Of a DNA stretch of 64,000 nucleotides, positions 50,686-62,600 are shown one piece after another. Each line of letters begins with the position of its first letter. The first letter of the stretch is position 1. This DNA comes from Tubulanus polymorphus. Taxonomy: Eukaryota; Animalia; Nemertea. The notes under the pieces were generated by a model that saw only the letters and a list, made by a program, of their open reading frames with translations, was not told the DNA's origin and searched no databases. The position numbers were made by a program, and so were the translations under genes. The stretch is taken from contig NC_134025.1 of the NCBI RefSeq assembly GCF_964204645.1, forward strand, positions 13,392,001 to 13,456,000, given 5' to 3'.

Positions 50686-52518
50686 TAAAAAAAGCTTATG
50701 TCGGCTGCGCTTGAGTTACATTGACTAGGTGAACATGATCTCCTGCCCATTGCCTCCCTGTTTATTTGCGACAGCGGCAACTGACCCAACTGTAGATGGT
50801 CATGTGATAATAATTTGAGAATTTATTTCAATTCTTATTCGAAACTGTTGTATTCGCTGAAATATTTCTTACAGAGTATCTCACTTGCACCAGTGTTCGT
50901 CATAAGCTAACCATAACAATATGTTTACATGAGTGGAAAATTTACATTTTTCAAATATGAAATATAATTCAACAGATATTCATCCTCATTATATCACTCA
51001 AAACATTCCAAAGCACACCAGTTTTTGTTTCTTTGCTAAAAACCTGTTGAAATGTGTCAACTAGTGCAAGATTAACCTTGTCTCTCATCCTCCCTGGAGA
51101 TCCAGTTACTTGAATTTCAATTTACCTTCGTAATCCTCCAAAATCCCTGAAAGCATCGGATAATGTTCCGCATTTCTAATCCACACTTCAATTCCCCTGT
51201 AAAAGTCTCTGCGCAACAAAAATATACACACAGGATTCATTTGAATTTCTATTCAGTTCTGGAAGCTTTCACCAACAGTTAGCACGAATGAGACTGAGTA
51301 TCAGATTTAAATTCTCGCGAAAAGTATGAGCCATGGGGTGAAACCTGGGCTGTAGCACTCATTTTACATAAAGGTTGCATAAGCTAGTCATGATTTCATG
51401 GCACTTTCTACTATTGGCCTTATAAAACAATTTCAAATTTTCAAAAAATTACATCAGTTTAAAGCCAACTTACAACACAGAGTTTGATCAATTCTTCAAA
51501 AAATGTTCAATTTCACCATTCGATTTCAAAATACCTATCATTCAGCTCGGAACAATATTGACCCGAAATTATTTATCAAGAGTTAAATATGAAAAACTGA
51601 ACAAAAAAAAATAATTAAAATCATCTTTAATGACCTCGATGATTGATCACACTCATAAGGATTTATCCATTATGCATTTGTCTTTCATTCCAAGGTTCTG
51701 AGAATTAACAATGTGCTACGATTGCTAGTACGTAGGTTTTTCACTTCATTACATATCTTATTTTTGAGTAGTAATGGAAATTATAACTCTTCAAACAGAT
51801 GAAAGGGCAAAGCCAATAAACATTTGCCATTTCTTTGAAGTTCGATTCCATTGCTAACGCATCAAATTTTCATCAACATTATTGATGAGTTCAAAAATAG
51901 ACCAACAGAAATCTATAGCACAAACCAAATTTAACTTTTCAAATTTGAATCAGAATCAATGATGGCGTCAAGAGGAGAAATATATCTATGTATATCTAAT
52001 GTAAGTGTACGAGGCATAGATATTCATCAAGTGTCTATCATTGCGAATCCCAGCGTAATCATCGCAAAGGAAGTTAGTAAATCAGATCAGTCAGCTTCCA
52101 TCCATCAAGAGACGTAAGATTGGTTGAAAGTATTTACATGATATTGGGTTACTAGTCTCCTGAGAGTCTTATACACACTCTCACAAAGACTCTTTCATTG
52201 CATTAATACCTAACGAGTTATCAGTATCAAATAGCCAGGCCGGGTGAAGATGATTAATTAGTAATCCAATTCATCAACTTCTACATCAAGAGTTGAGAAT
52301 GATCGAAAAATTGTGAACATCTATCAGCAACCAAAATCAGCAACATAAAATCCGGATTGGTTCAGTTCTTCATCAACACCACAGGATCGAGTGCAGTGTC
52401 TACCAGGTTGATAATGGTCGGTTTATTTCAAACACCCACCAATCTCCTAAAGCATGACCTGAAGTGGATTCAGATCGAAGAACTCTATTGTTAGAGATAT
52501 AGGACAAGCTGTATAACA

Positions 52519-53213
52519 GGTTGTAGGTAAAAATCCCCTGGGTAAAAATCCCCTAGGTAAAAATCCCCAAATACTAAAAGTAGGTAACAATCCCCACTTG
52601 TTGATTTTCAAGAATATTTCAAAGCAAAATGTTTCTCCAATTTTGTTCATTTGCAATGAGACTGAAATTTGTTTGAACTGCGCAATGGAATCTTTCGTTG
52701 GGATAAATTCTTTAAGTAAACTCTTAGAATAAAATAAATTGTTAGAATTGATAAGAATAATGAACTTTTTATTTGTAATATCTTAAAAAATTTGAACTTG
52801 AATATTTTTGTACTGTGAACTCTGGTTGACTTGTGGTATATTTGAGCAGTGCAATGCCATGAATTATAAGCAATAATGGACTTATAATTCTAGATATTTT
52901 AGATTCAAGCTAGTGTGATATATTAGTGCGATGAACCCTTTCATTAAGCTGTGTGATTTTAGTAACTTTAAGTACTAATTTAGTATTAATGGGCTGGTAA
53001 TTTGTAGTATGTTTTAATTCAAGTATATACTATAGTTTGTATACTCATATCCTTATGATGTTCCACAATAATAAATTGGAAATATGTATCAATTATACGA
53101 ATTAATTGACCTTAAGATTGTATCTGCTTACACTACATTCAGGAAGGGAATTTTTACCTAATTGGGGATATTTACCTAGGGGATTTTTACCCAGGGGATT
53201 TTTACCGCTAACC
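52519..53213. mobile_element. MULE-like MITE
   Basis: Left GGTTGTAGGTAAAAATCCCC with a tandem GGTAAAAATCCCC x3, mirrored at the right by GGGGATTTTTACC repeats ending GCTAACC. Flanks share TATAA (degenerate TSD). Superfamily assignment tentative. Confidence 0.6.
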
Positions 53214-53237
53214 CTATAATGACTGGCAAAGTGGACT

Positions 53238-53308
53238 AGTTCTATTGGTCTACTGGTTAGTACGCTTGCTTTCTATGTATGAGACCAGGGTTCGATCCCC
53301 GCTGAGTG
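53238..53308 (+). mobile_element. tRNA-derived SINE head
   Basis: A-box-like TGGTCTACTGG (53246-53256) and B-box GGTTCGATCCC (53289-53299) at tRNA spacing; no convincing acceptor stem. Confidence 0.45.
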
Positions 53309-54361
53309 TATGTAATTGCACTGTCTAATAAGCTGATAACAAATGCCTTTTTGTCCAGTTGCTTTTTGCCATTTATACATTTATGTATTATATTACATAT
53401 TTGACAGAATACGAGGTCACGCGCGCGAGACCTACCATCTCAAGATTTTCACAAGATCTTCTAAGCGTCCACATCGAGCTCGAGCCTATGTGGAATCTGT
53501 ATCGAAAAAATGTGCCTCAAGATCAAACGCACAATCAAGCAAATGCCTCAAGTGCTTGCTTGTGTGTGCATCATCACACTTCTAGCTCACCAAGTCATAC
53601 TGTAGAAGACATATTGAAATAGTGTCTTCTCAATTTCTAATTCCTTGAGTAATCTAATGAAGAGAAGTAGAGGTCCAGGGACACGCAATCCACTTGGTGA
53701 AATTGCTGACAATCTAAAATTTCAATATTCAATGGCCTTGGTGAACAAATACATAAATAATGACCTTGAAATTCACAACAATCATGGAAGATGTCATGAG
53801 CTAGAATTTTGCAATTGATTGTGATTAAGATATATGCGCACATAGCAATACATATGAACATACCATTCACATAAGGACATACCATAGCTTGAAAAGTATC
53901 CATGCATTTGCTCAATAATTATTCTTTCATTTTTCCAGTTTTTCTTTCCAAATTTTCCAGTAATCCCCAATTTTCAAACCAGAATACATTTTAAAAATCA
54001 GTATTGAGGCCTTAAAAATCTGTATTAGGGTAAATTACTAGAAACAAAATTTTTGTTCTGTTTTCTGACACCGTACTAACTGTATTAGTGCGCCATCTTC
54101 ATCTTAGTACAGATGGCAAACTAGTACAGTGTCATATTGAGGGTCTAATTTGAATTGACAAGAGTGATTCTGAGAGATTCAAGAAAGAACGATGCATCTT
54201 GCCAGAAAAACGATGAAGTTTTCCGTAAGTTATCAAATTTTTTCCGTATTCTCAGGTGAATAAAAATCTGTAGTGTAACAATTCTTCAAAAAACCGAACG
54301 ACATATTTTCACACGATATTCTGGAACAGATACGGAAAAATCAGAACGGTTGGCAGCTCTG

Positions 54362-55070
54362 TATGGCTTCCGTAGCCATCTTGGAATGGTTTTGTAGGCA
54401 AAAATAGGGCTCATCCTCCCATCCTCTATAATCTACATACCAAGTCATGAGAAAATTGGTTGAACTTTCGACTTATTTCCCACGCATATATGGCTCTGGC
54501 GGCCATCTGGGATGACTATATAAATCAAAACAAAAGGGAACATTGTCCTTTCACTCCTAACCTAAATTCAAAGCTATGAGAAAAAATTGGTGACAAAATG
54601 TAGACTGTAGAGCAGGAACAAGATCTAAATTGTCAATTTCATGTACAAATATGGCTGTGGTGACCATCTTGGATGACCTATGATAGTCGAAAACAATAGG
54701 GCTCATCCTCCTCTTATCCACGATCTTCATACCAAATTAAGAGAAAATTACCGGTAGTAAAAACTCTTCACTGTAGAGTGGCACAAGGTACAAAGTGCCT
54801 ATTTCACACATAAATATGACTGTGCGGCCATCATGAATTACCTAAATAAGTCACAAAACAATATTGCACATCCCCTTTCACCCCTAGCCATAATACCAAG
54901 CTGAGAGAAGATCCGTTGAGAACTGTATAGGCCTATAGAATGTAGAGTGGGAACAAGGTCAAAAATGCCTATTTGAATATGACTATGGTAGCCATGTTGA
55001 CCTATACATGTCATATGTACAGTACATCCTCCTTTCCATGATCCACCTACCAAACTATGAGAAAATGGGC
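54362..55070. repeat. Diverged tandem array with ~164-bp units (Helentron/HINE-type internal satellite)
   Basis: Unit marker ATG(G/A)CT..(G/C)G(C/T)(A/G)(G/A)CCATC recurs at ~54363, 54490, 54651, 54815 and 54979, with shared AATAGGGCTCATCCTCC, ATACCAA..TGAGAAAA and CTGTAGAG..GGAACAAG blocks. Confidence 0.7.
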
Positions 55071-57007
55071 TGTAGCCTTTTCCATCTATGAATGGAGACT
55101 GATAAAGACTAAGATGGCTGATCAAAAACTGAGATATACTAAAGATCCCTTTCCATTATATCCATCACAAATCTTAATAAAGGTGCAACGGTCCTGTGGT
55201 TCATCATCAAATCATTGAGTGTACATTGTCAAAAATATTATACTAACTATAAATTAATTTGGATTGCAATCGAATGTAGAATAGATTACCGAATTAAAAC
55301 CATGAACTGACGATATGCTGAACCAACTCTTCGAACAACAATCTTTTATTCTAAATCTAATCACTTCATTAGCCCCTTATTACACGATTAATACATGCAA
55401 GATATTATTATACTCGTAATTTCCAGATTTTATCATCCTTGAATTAAATTAAAATACGCGTGCAGCGATCGTCTCCTTGTCCTCTGTGTTTGTTTTTTTA
55501 ACAGCACGCGTGTGATACCTATGATGTACGTTCTCTATTGATCGCTTCGCACGGATTTCCGTAGTATGATAGCGACATATTTATAAGGGTCTATGTGAGT
55601 AGACTAGCTCCTACCTCTAAATCAGTGTTGAAAAAACTGACTGTTGATTAGATGAAAAGCTGAGAGCATTCCACTGCCCGCTATTGTCTACAGACTACTT
55701 AGTCCATTATCAATTTATCACCGCTCACAATTCTACCTAAGAACGTACTAAAATTGAATAGAGAAGTCTTAGAGCCGTAACACAGTTCACAAGAAAGCCG
55801 ACGGCCGCGGTTAAACTCTACTGGTTAGCAGGTCTTTAAGGCATTGACAAGAAAAATCTAAGCCAAAACTCCATTGGTATCGCCATACTAGCTAGTTTGG
55901 ATACTGAATTGAATAGCCTGAATGAACCCGAATGAAATGCTCGCCATTTTGTTTCGGGTTCCACACTGGGTTTTCCCAAAGGGCTTTCCCAATTACATCA
56001 GAAGCGCCGAAATTCCCGGAATTTCCCGTATATCCCACAAACAGCCAATCAAATTCATTGTAGCTCAGGTAACAAGGTCAACTCAAATAAATAGAAACGA
56101 GACAATTAAGGGGGTTTATAAAGTGAGGGCCTGTAGGTCGAAAGTACATCGATATGAGTCGCACTAAAACCGGCAACACTTCCAGGAAGGATTGAACTTT
56201 TATATATTTCAATTCCAAGTATGCGAATTGACATATGTAAAAACGTGCCATTACTTAGTGCTAAAAAGTAGGGTTTTTACCTGTTTTTCAAGAATAAGTC
56301 CCCTAAAAATAACTCGATCACTATGGAATTTTTGTGGGCTCGAGAACTCATTAAACCATGACACCAAAAATCAACACTATTGGTTCAACAGCCATGTTTG
56401 TGCCTTGTTGACACACAGGTATTCTATTCATTTTCAATGAAAACTGCTTCACCAGACCATTTGCATAGGCAAACCTACGGTTTACCAAAAATGGAAAAAG
56501 CTAAAATTCTCAGAATTTAGGCCAATAATATCCTTTTTGAGCATATTTAAGGTTACAGGATTTCATCTTACATCCAACATTAAGTATCCAAGCATTTGCT
56601 CAATAATCAAACTCACACTCATGTTGAACTGTTCGAATAAACTGAGGTGGTACTGATGGAATAATGGTCTCCTTTGGTAAGATAAGAGGTTGGTAACAGC
56701 AGTGTCCACATTACATGATTCTAGAATGGGAAAGCACGGACAAATAGGACAATGATAAAAAAACTGATTAGAAAATGGCACTCGATTGTACTGATGATGG
56801 CCCTGTGGGTCATCAAGCCGACAAGGCATCCCAACAAGATATGATACCAGGCTTACTGGTGCGGCAGCCAAAGACAAAAGTTTAGTAACAAGTCTATGAA
56901 AAATAGCAAAAACCCTAGCGCAGGGTGCATATGTGTATAAAATTTCAGCAGTCAGAGTGTTAAGATTAGGAATAATGGAGGATGCAATGTTTATATCATG
57001 TGACATA

Positions 57008-57201
57008 AGCTGCGTACACACTAGGATTTCAGTACAGTACTAAGCGTTCACACTAGGAAATTATTCGAGGCCTATTCGCAGCTTATTCAGTTCCGTACTG
57101 AAATACGCAGCTTATTAAGCGTGGAATGCGATTCCATGCCGAAAACCGGATCTCAGTATGGAACTGAGCTGGCCGCGTATTTTCCGTAGTGTGAACGCAG
57201 A
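57008..57201. mobile_element. Small Harbinger-like MITE
   Basis: CTGCGTACACACTA / TAGTGTGAACGCAG inverted ends, with a TAA at the left boundary. Confidence 0.5.
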
Positions 57202-58780
57202 TTCGGCGCTTAGCTAGCCACGTATTCACATCCTCGTAGTACAAAACACTTAGCACTAATTACACTCCCCTCTATTGGCACACTGGATGACTACTATACT
57301 GGGCTTACTAAGTGCCAAATCGCGACTTGTAGTGTGTTGCCTTTACAATGTAAGAGAAAACATCAACTGATTCTTGAAATGATTTTCCACAGCTGTGTGC
57401 ATCCACTTTCACTACTGACACTATGAAAATCATTGCTTTCCCCCAGCAACATACATAACAAGATAACCTTTAGCAAACTCATATTGTATAGCTGTGACTG
57501 CCGGTTTATGACATGGATATCTTTAGATGATCTATTTAAAGTATAATATACAAAATACACACACCACACAGACTTTAGAATCCAAAAAATGTCCGTTTTC
57601 TATATAAAACCTAAAATAATGAATATCCATATATCAATTAAAATTTAAAGGTAGTGATAAGGAAATAGTTTGAAATGGATATGAATTCTTTGAAATTTCA
57701 GGAATTTTTATTAAAATTCTGTTTATGCCACTGTCGTGCTGTGGTGTGTCTGTGAACATCTAATTTTGGTGAATGCCCCGAAGATAAAACGATTCCGGAA
57801 ATGAATGACAATCAGTCCTCTAATACTTTCAAGGCAACGAAGTGGCAGAAATCAAATATGACATGTCATTATTCAGACAGGATATTGCAAACCTCGGTAT
57901 TTACGTCTATCGATGTAGCCATTACACAGCTGGTATCCTGTATGCTGAATCTGTATTTTATGGCTTCAGAAAACATAGTTAGCAACTAAGTTGCAGAAGA
58001 TAATCCCAACAACAACAACAACAATGTAAAGAATGATTGAAAGTTTTGTACAATGAAACCAAAACAAGGTAATTGTGACACAGAAGAGAAGCAATTATGT
58101 GACATGGCGCAGCTGAAATATCCTAGGCCTACCTCATATCATGCTTTTGTACAATTTGTTTTAAGGTTGGCGCTATGAATTTTGATTAATGATAAGTAAA
58201 ACAGACTTTTAGGGTGTATATTTAGCTTCAATGATGCATTTGCCCAACCTATTTGCAAGGTTAAATATATCACAAAATCTGGCTAAATTTCAAAGCGAAG
58301 TAAAAGATAAAACCTAAATACCACACAGGAAAATGTGGAATGCCTGAATTTAAGTAAACATTATGCACAAACACAAAAAACGCAATAACTGGCAATTTTC
58401 TATATCAAACAAAATGGAAAATGCAATGTTCCTCCAGAATAACAAACTACGAATCAATATACCATAAATATATCGCTTTAAGGCTTGCAACATGTAAGTC
58501 TATTGAAAATGACATTTCAGATCATGCAAAACAGACTCCCCATACAATCAGACAGACAACAGATAATCAGACAATTGGTCGCAAGATGCCATATACCGAT
58601 TAGCCTCATCAAACTCAACAAAAAATTAGTTGAGATAACTAATTCACTTTTTTGTTATGGTATGATTATCTCAAATTTGAATCCTAGCTGACAATCAGAT
58701 CAGTGTTGATAAGTCCACCCAAAACCCAAATTGCTTCACAACTGGATCATTCGCTACACAGTTTCAAACATCTTTTTATA

Positions 58781-59639
58781 AGGCGCGTTCAAACGACGAA
58801 ATTTAGACCGGTCTAAATTTGGTCCGGTCCAATTTAGACCGGACCAAGCGTTCACACGGGCAAAAATACCGTTCCAAATTAGACTGGTCTAGTTTAGACC
58901 GGTCTAATTTGGCATGGTCTAAAAGAGCGAACCAGGTCCGGACCAAATTTTGGACCGGTCTAAATATGTGTGTGTGGACAGAAACTGGTACCAGGTCCGG
59001 TCTAAATCGTAATTCTGAATCTCTGCGGTAGATGTCGCAACCTCTGCGGTAGAGTGTGAGTCCAGTTTATTAAGTTTTAAATGCTTTTATTATCGTTTAT
59101 GTAATTATTTTTAAGTACTGTTTTTCCTCCTGACACACACCTGACGATGATCTCTAGGATGAGATCGAAACGTCGTGTCTTTTATATATTTTTGATTGAA
59201 TAAATAAATTCTGGTTTTTAAATTCTTTTTATCTGTAAATAGTGGGATTTTATCTCAATGGAAATGTTTGGAGTGTAGCGTATATCGCGATCATCATCCA
59301 TTTTATTGCCGTGCTTTGAACCGTGTTTAAACGACACTTAGAGTTTCAGCATGATAGAATAAAATCGAAATCGCAAAAATGTGTAAACCTGACCGAGGAT
59401 CGAATTGGTCAAATGAAGAATGTCTTGCTCTACTTGGAATCTGGAAGCAAGACTTCATCCAGGCGCAATTAATTATTTAGCAGATGGTGACATCTTGTGG
59501 GCCCGGTGACAAGCGATTTTATCACCGCGTGTCAAAACGCCGTGTGAACGCTCACCAAATTTGGTCCGGTCTAAATTTGGACCGGACCAGGTACGAACCC
59601 ATTTAGACCGGTCTAACTAGTTGTCGTGTGAACGCGGCT
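58781..59639 (+). mobile_element. Non-autonomous PIF/Harbinger element with a Myb/SANT (trihelix-like) remnant
   Basis: 17-bp TIR AGGCGCGTTCAAACGAC vs GTCGTGTGAACGCGGCT (2 mismatches); ATA flanks; TTTAGACCGGTCTAA palindromes. 59379-59480 reads MCKPDRGSNWSNEECLALLGIWKQDFIQAQLII*. Confidence 0.8.
59137..59178 (+). ncRNA. Minimal type I hammerhead ribozyme with an intact core
   Basis: ACAC-CTGACGA-T-GATCTC-TAGGAT-GAGATC-GAAA-CGTC-GTGT; GUC cleavage triplet ending at 59174. Confidence 0.85.
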
Positions 59640-62600
59640 ATAAACTATATTCAAACTATTGGCCCATTGGTCACGGAGCTGGGTGCAGCGGGTACAAGAT
59701 CAATACATGTACATGTAAAATACAAACGGCTTATTGTGGGGAGGTTCTGAAATTCTAAAAAACCTACGGTTTGTAGCTGTGGAAATGGCATTATTATATT
59801 TAAAAAGATAATTACCTTTATCTATTGAACTTTTATTCACACACCAAAATTCTACTAGCCATGATGATTAAACAAAATTTCCAGAAAAACAGGAAATACG
59901 ATATAACGGTTCTCTTGAAAAATTTTGTCTACGTATGAAATTTGTAGTTTATTCTTTTATCACACTTTTTATGAATTTTAGATAGGAATGAATAACGAAA
60001 TATCGTTGATAAAAGGTTTACCTTAAGTAGTATCAGTTGCAGGCAAAAGAACTCCCATCTATTTCATAAGCACCATATCATCTATCGAAAAGAACAATAT
60101 GAGAAAAACTGATTACAAAAAAACCACACAGAAAACCTGAAGGGATAAAACTGAAGATGCCAAGGTCCATTATCAAAACATCACCATTAAAGGCTCTTTC
60201 GGCTTCTATAAAATCGCTCTATGCGGCTTAAGACTTCCCCTGGCATTTCAGCTACACTGAAAAATTCAGCAAGTACATCTTTTAAGCCGTCATTGCTGTA
60301 GGTGGATAAAATGTTGAGAAGCTAGTTTTGATCGACTTGGATCGACAAAGATTAAGGTATGAGGCTCTCACAAAGTTAGATAATATTAATATGCAGAATC
60401 TTGAGAGCTGTTTTTAAGTACTGTGCCCAGAATATCATTGCACTTCTTTCTCTTGAGATAATAAACCATGTTGCCAAGAGGACTGAACTGAATACTACCA
60501 CGATAAATTGACACCAGTAGGCAATAACATGCAATCTAATAATGATTTTAGGCATTTTATCAGTTACAGACATTCCAACCTGAAAAATAAAAATTGTCCT
60601 ATATCCTTCAACAATGTCGAGGAAAGCATATGACGCATGACGCATGAATTCATTCAGCAAAATCAATCATACAAAACAATGTCTCACTGCTGGGAAGTTT
60701 GAGCACATTCGGAATTGTTTTCTATTTGCTGAAAATGAGGAAAAAAGGTCATCAGCAAATAGAAGAATAAAAAAACATGGGTAAAAGAAAATTCTCTTTT
60801 TTAAAACTTCAATTTTGGAATTTTAAGGCACAAATTCATAATCGACACGATAAAAAACTGCCTCATGCATGTGCCTCTCACAAAGCTATATTTCATAGTT
60901 CCATCAGTGGTATTTCAATTATCTTCCCCGATATACCCAGTAATGACTTTCTCATTACTGCATAGACATTAAGACCACAACATACCATATACAAGTATTG
61001 TGAAAATTTCTTTTAAGAGAACGTTGACAACCCCATATATAGCTGTGACCTGTCAATTCACTGAGAAGATTTATGACGATTTACAGTAATTGACCAATTT
61101 ATTATAATGATTAATGGTAGTTGATGTATTTCAGACATTCAAATTGATGGATTTCCGAAAAAATTTTTTGTTAAGTATTACTCCTTAATTGAAGATACAT
61201 GAATAAAACTCACCAACATTTTTGCATGCGCCTCCATAAACAATATTCCTTATCTATAAACCTAATCCTAAACGACGGCCAATCCTGGGATACCTGTCAT
61301 GGTTGTGATTTACATTAAATTGTATCAGATGTATGAACTGAATATTGCTACAGCTTCAAATCATAAGCAGGCATTAAAAATCCAATTTCACCATCAGCAT
61401 CTCTAAACGACGATTTCTATCACCTGTCGATGTCGTGTAAATCCGAGAGCTTCATATCCACTGAAAACGGATCATGGGAAGCCGATATTATGCGTGAACG
61501 AGCTATAATTTCCGACTATGAATAAGTCATTTTCACAGCGGTATCACGCCACGTAAACTTGTCAGGACAGTCACAGCCAGCAGGCACGGCATCGTGATTG
61601 GAGCAATTACGAGCGATTGAACGTGCAATTTAACCAATTCAGTTCGTGGAGGAAGCTTCACCGACATCAACATGAGTCCTAGCTCAATTACGCACGTTAC
61701 TTATCAATAGCTGCTTAATTGAGTAAAATATAAAATGTGTTCAATTCCACGGGCAAATGGGCAACAAATACAACCTCACTTGCTCTGATAACACATTTTG
61801 TCTTTACTACCTCACTCATATCTGTCTTAGATTGCTTGTGACTCTTCAGTATATGCAAAGGTTCAATTCAATTCTTTTAGAAAAGTCAAGATGTTTTTCG
61901 GAAATCTTGACAATCAGTGCGCACATTGTGGCAATATCCGATGAAAAAAAACTGTGGCAATATCTGCCAATACAATATGAGTTCTGTTATTTTTAAGGAA
62001 CAGCTTTCACAATATTCGAAATATTCCGGGGAAGGATACCCTAGAACCCGGCACTTGGCTTTGAAGCGTTGATCATTTCTCACTTTTTTGCAGATACTAA
62101 TGTCCCCTCATTTTTTAAAACTGCCCTTTTCTCCAATGAAATACTCCCCCACATACTCCCTCTGCTCCTGCTATCTCAAATAAACTGTTTGTGTATATCT
62201 TATCTAGTTTTTGATAAACTGCTCAAGTTTTAACACTTACTAATATTCTATTCCGTGGTAGGCCTATATAGAATGAAACATAGTGAATTTCAATGAACTA
62301 TTGCTTTTATGAAATACGGTGATACAATTTTAGGACTTGTCAGAATTAAACGGGTAAGATTCGCAAAGAGGAGAAAACACCGAGGATAGTAGATAAGCAG
62401 TAGTATCAACCCCCCTTCAAAAAGAGCACTGCTGTATTTCTATTCGTGTGAAAGATAGTTTGAGCTTCATGGCCACAGTAGTGGTTAATAATGAAATTAA
62501 TGGCATGTAGAACGATGTTTATCAAATAATTTCCTTTTCGAGGTAGAAATTCCCCTGTGGTGATCGAACTGGTGATTCTTTAAGTGTGAGGATGTATCTA

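Noticed and set aside
53238-53308. tRNA genes at the A/B-box motifs (also ~23154, ~25695, ~29075, ~33093)
   Set aside because: No complete cloverleaf or acceptor stem; treated as SINE heads.
54362-55070. CRISPR-like repeat-spacer array
   Set aside because: Eukaryotic context; whole units are homologous (no unique spacers) and there are no cas genes.
56790-56822. CTGATGA followed by a hairpin as another hammerhead (also 49155 and 27071)
   Set aside because: No correctly placed GAAA/NUH or stem I.
51126-60579. Candidate minus-strand orphan exons (56617-56720, 51126-51196, acceptor at ~60580, signal-peptide-like MSLLKVILLCMLLG at ~57482)
   Set aside because: Plausible splice signals, but the phases do not chain and no protein family is recognisable; cannot be supported without RNA data.
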